Below, piece after piece: positions 63,370 through 64,000 of a DNA stretch of 64,000 nt. This stretch comes from Candidatus Gottesmanbacteria bacterium RIFCSPLOWO2_01_FULL_43_11b (GTDB lineage Bacteria; Patescibacteriota; Microgenomatia; UBA10105; UBA927): positions 629,466-693,465 of the forward strand of contig MFJV01000001.1 in NCBI GenBank assembly GCA_001780985.1, written 5' to 3'. The position numbers and the translations under genes were made by a program. Numbering within the stretch: position 1 is the first letter of the stretch; the number at the start of each line of letters is the position of its first letter. The notes below the pieces were generated by a model. That model was not told the origin of the DNA. It saw only the letters and a list, made by a program, of their open reading frames with translations, and ran no database searches.

Positions 63370-63377
63370 AATATTCT

Positions 63378-63749
63378 ATGGCAGTCACAAAAACAAAACA
63401 CGTCGCTGAAAAAGGAAAAGTATTTATCACTGCAACGTTTAATAACACGTTGGTGACTGTAACGGATATGGAAGGGAATACTATCGGATGGGGATCATCG
63501 GGTTTAGTCGGATTTAAAGGCGCACGAAAATCTACGCCGTATGCAGCAACGACTGCGGTAGAGGCTGTTGCAAGGAAAGTCCAGACACAGGGACTTCGGG
63601 AAGTAGAGGTATACATTAAAGGACCAGGGGCGGGGCGTGATGCCGCGCTGCGTGCTCTTAAATCTGTCGGATTACGTATAAGTTTGATTGCTGATGTAAC
63701 CCCCCTTCCGCATAACGGAGTGAGGGCAAAGAAAAAGAGAAGGGTATAA
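63378..63749 (+). CDS. rpsK: 30S ribosomal protein S11
   Basis: TFNNT, KSTPYAA and DVTPLPHNG motifs. Confidence 0.97.
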   Translation: MAVTKTKHVAEKGKVFITATFNNTLVTVTDMEGNTIGWGSSGLVGFKGARKSTPYAATTAVEAVARKVQTQGLREVEVYIKGPGAGRDAALRALKSVGLRISLIADVTPLPHNGVRAKKKRRV

Positions 63750-63750
63750 T

Positions 63751-64000
63751 ATGGCACGATATACTGGACCAAAAAACAGATTAGCACGGCGAGAAGGGCT
63801 TGATTTAGGGCTCAAAACGATAGGCTCTAAATCGCATGCGTCCCTCCTTCGAAGGCTAAACATTCCTCCGGGCCAACATGGCGCTCGGGGAAAAAGAAAA
63901 CAGTCTGATTACGGGTTGCAACTGAGGGAGAAACAGAAGGTTAAGCGCATATACGGAGTGCTTGAGCGACAGTTCCGCCGATACTTTGAACACGCGCGCA
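63751..64000 (+). CDS. rpsD: 30S ribosomal protein S4 (partial)
   Basis: [20 protein letters not shown] and [12 protein letters not shown] motifs. Confidence 0.95.
   Translation, partial: MARYTGPKNRLARREGLDLGLKTIGSKSHASLLRRLNIPPGQHGARGKRKQSDYGLQLREKQKVKRIYGVLERQFRRYFEHAR

Overview
64 kb of a small-genome bacterial chromosome. It is most consistent with a Candidate Phyla Radiation / Microgenomates-type organism: uL30 is absent from the spc operon, uL2 and AlaRS are short, it uses code 11, and many genes look leaderless. The left half holds groES-groEL, an envelope glycosylation cluster, tatD, metG, mltG, an AMP phosphorylase, a sortase and alaS. The right half holds rpoBC, a str operon split by about 6 kb of accessory genes, and the S10-spc-alpha ribosomal cluster. 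I saw no tRNA, rRNA, CRISPR array or transposase. The most unusual signals are: (1) accessory gene cassettes bracketed by synonymously diverged duplicates of a host gene's 3' end, at two independent loci (three copies of LELSxxK before metG, two copies of DNVELYAFTFG* at dipZ); (2) a GIY-YIG nuclease cassette flanked by GTCA-tagged REP-like palindromes, one of which recurs as an in-frame 57-bp insertion in tatD; (3) a TrpR/YerC-like gene flanked by two copies of a 30-bp palindrome; (4) two candidate structured ncRNAs; and (5) an unannotated zinc-finger microprotein directly after rpsG. All family assignments come from motif recognition by eye, not from database searches.
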